This document shows positions 63,120-64,000 of a stretch of 64,000 nucleotides of DNA, one piece after another. The notes under the pieces were generated by a model. The model was not told the origin of the DNA and did no database searches. It was given only the letters and a program-made list of their open reading frames with translations. This stretch comes from Phoronis australis (Eukaryota; Animalia; Phoronida). Position numbers and translations under genes: made by a program. Position 1 is the first letter of the stretch. Every line of letters starts with the position of its first letter. The stretch spans positions 160,830 to 224,829 of the forward strand of contig NMRA01000553.1 in assembly GCA_002633005.1 (NCBI GenBank). The letters are read 5' to 3'.

Positions 63120-63877
63120 AAACGCACAAAACGCTTGTTATCCCGGCCAGTGAGTGGCTCGTAACCCAATCAGGCCCGTCGCGACCGGACTCACTGGTTA
63201 TCCCCGCCAGTGGCTCGGAACCCGATCAGGCCCGTCGCGGCCACCGGGATTGGCACGTACATAAACCAGCTTGAGTTGGAAACTAAACCTCCACTCACGA
63301 AAAGACTATAGGAGTGAGCCAAAGAAATAATGTGCACGTAATTATTTATGTGAATTGGCCACGGGTCAGATCGTTAGATTTCAAAGGCTATCAGTTCGAA
63401 CCGTAATACACTGACCAAGAAATACCAGAGGGGCACCGTGAAAATGCGCAGGCAACGGAACGTATGGTCCTTGGATAGTTCTTTGGTAAGCCGGAATTCG
63501 TCAGGGAAATCACTGTCGACGAAATGCCGGCCACAGACACGGAGATGTTTCACGGCCTCATACTTGCTATGAACAGCGTTCTTTTCAATCTTCACTACCG
63601 CGAGCCACTTCCTAAGCATTTCGAGTTCTCGAGGAAGTCGAAATGACGATATACCCGCTTTCGCAGCTTCATAGTTCTGACAAGCGGGAGCGATGCACCG
63701 CAATACAGCGGCATTCACTCTACAGACGAACCACTGAGGTCGCTGCGACGTTTCTCACCTTCCTTACGGGTTAACGCGACACCACTCGGCAAGGTGAGGT
63801 CAACCGTATAAGAGGCGAGGTGGATATAGACCGATTAAGGCGCTAAAAAGACTAATTTAATCGGGTGGCATTCTCCT
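63120..63877 (-). mobile_element. THAP-domain DNA transposon relic (possibly Kolobok-type, TTAA|AGG end near 63877)
   Basis: CIAPAC...FRLP...RKWL...VCGRHF...TVP is a THAP C2CH signature. No ATG start. Second copy at 13.6-14.5 kb. Confidence 0.72.
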
Positions 63878-64000
63878 TTAATCTGTGCTCGACTACATTA
63901 AGGTTTATGCACGTGAGTTTCTTGCCCAACCTTGCACTTGATGACCCCTATGTCCGTGATACAAACTAAAGTAAAATCTCAAGAGTTGAAACTTGAAATT

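Noticed and set aside
63100-63169. N-terminal extension of ORF 62624..63169 as a single-exon gene
   Set aside because: No ATG start, and the extension lies mostly in repeat-derived sequence upstream of a good splice acceptor.

Overview
AT-rich, intron-containing animal genomic DNA (invertebrate-like; the species cannot be determined from the sequence), with assembly gaps and single-N joins. Left to right: (1) the 5' part of an alpha-spectrin gene on the minus strand (9 coding exons, 5574->36, continuing off the left edge; probable non-coding first exon near 16.5 kb); (2) head-to-head with it, a 3-exon TREX1/TREX2-type DEDDh exonuclease gene (TREX-A, 18049-22625, 386 aa, catalytic motifs intact), followed by one U5 snRNA gene on the minus strand; (3) a transposon-rich interval with two ~3 kb TIR elements and many MITEs; (4) a TREX paralog (TREX-B, 38916/39151-42997, 431 aa) with an open frame but ExoI Glu->Lys and ExoIII His->Arg, again followed by U5 genes, here a tandem cluster of intact and decaying copies (46.4-50 kb); (5) a 7-exon mARC/MOSC molybdoenzyme gene (51851-59993, 328 aa) with substrate-site substitutions; (6) a candidate box C/D snoRNA, the last exon of a minus-strand membrane-protein gene and a THAP-domain transposon relic. 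Most notable: the duplicated [TREX + U5] module giving an active nuclease and a predicted pseudonuclease, and a minisatellite made of eight tandem copies of a spectrin splice donor. All exon calls are manual GT/AG and reading-frame reconstructions. Protein comparisons are from memory and no database searches were run.
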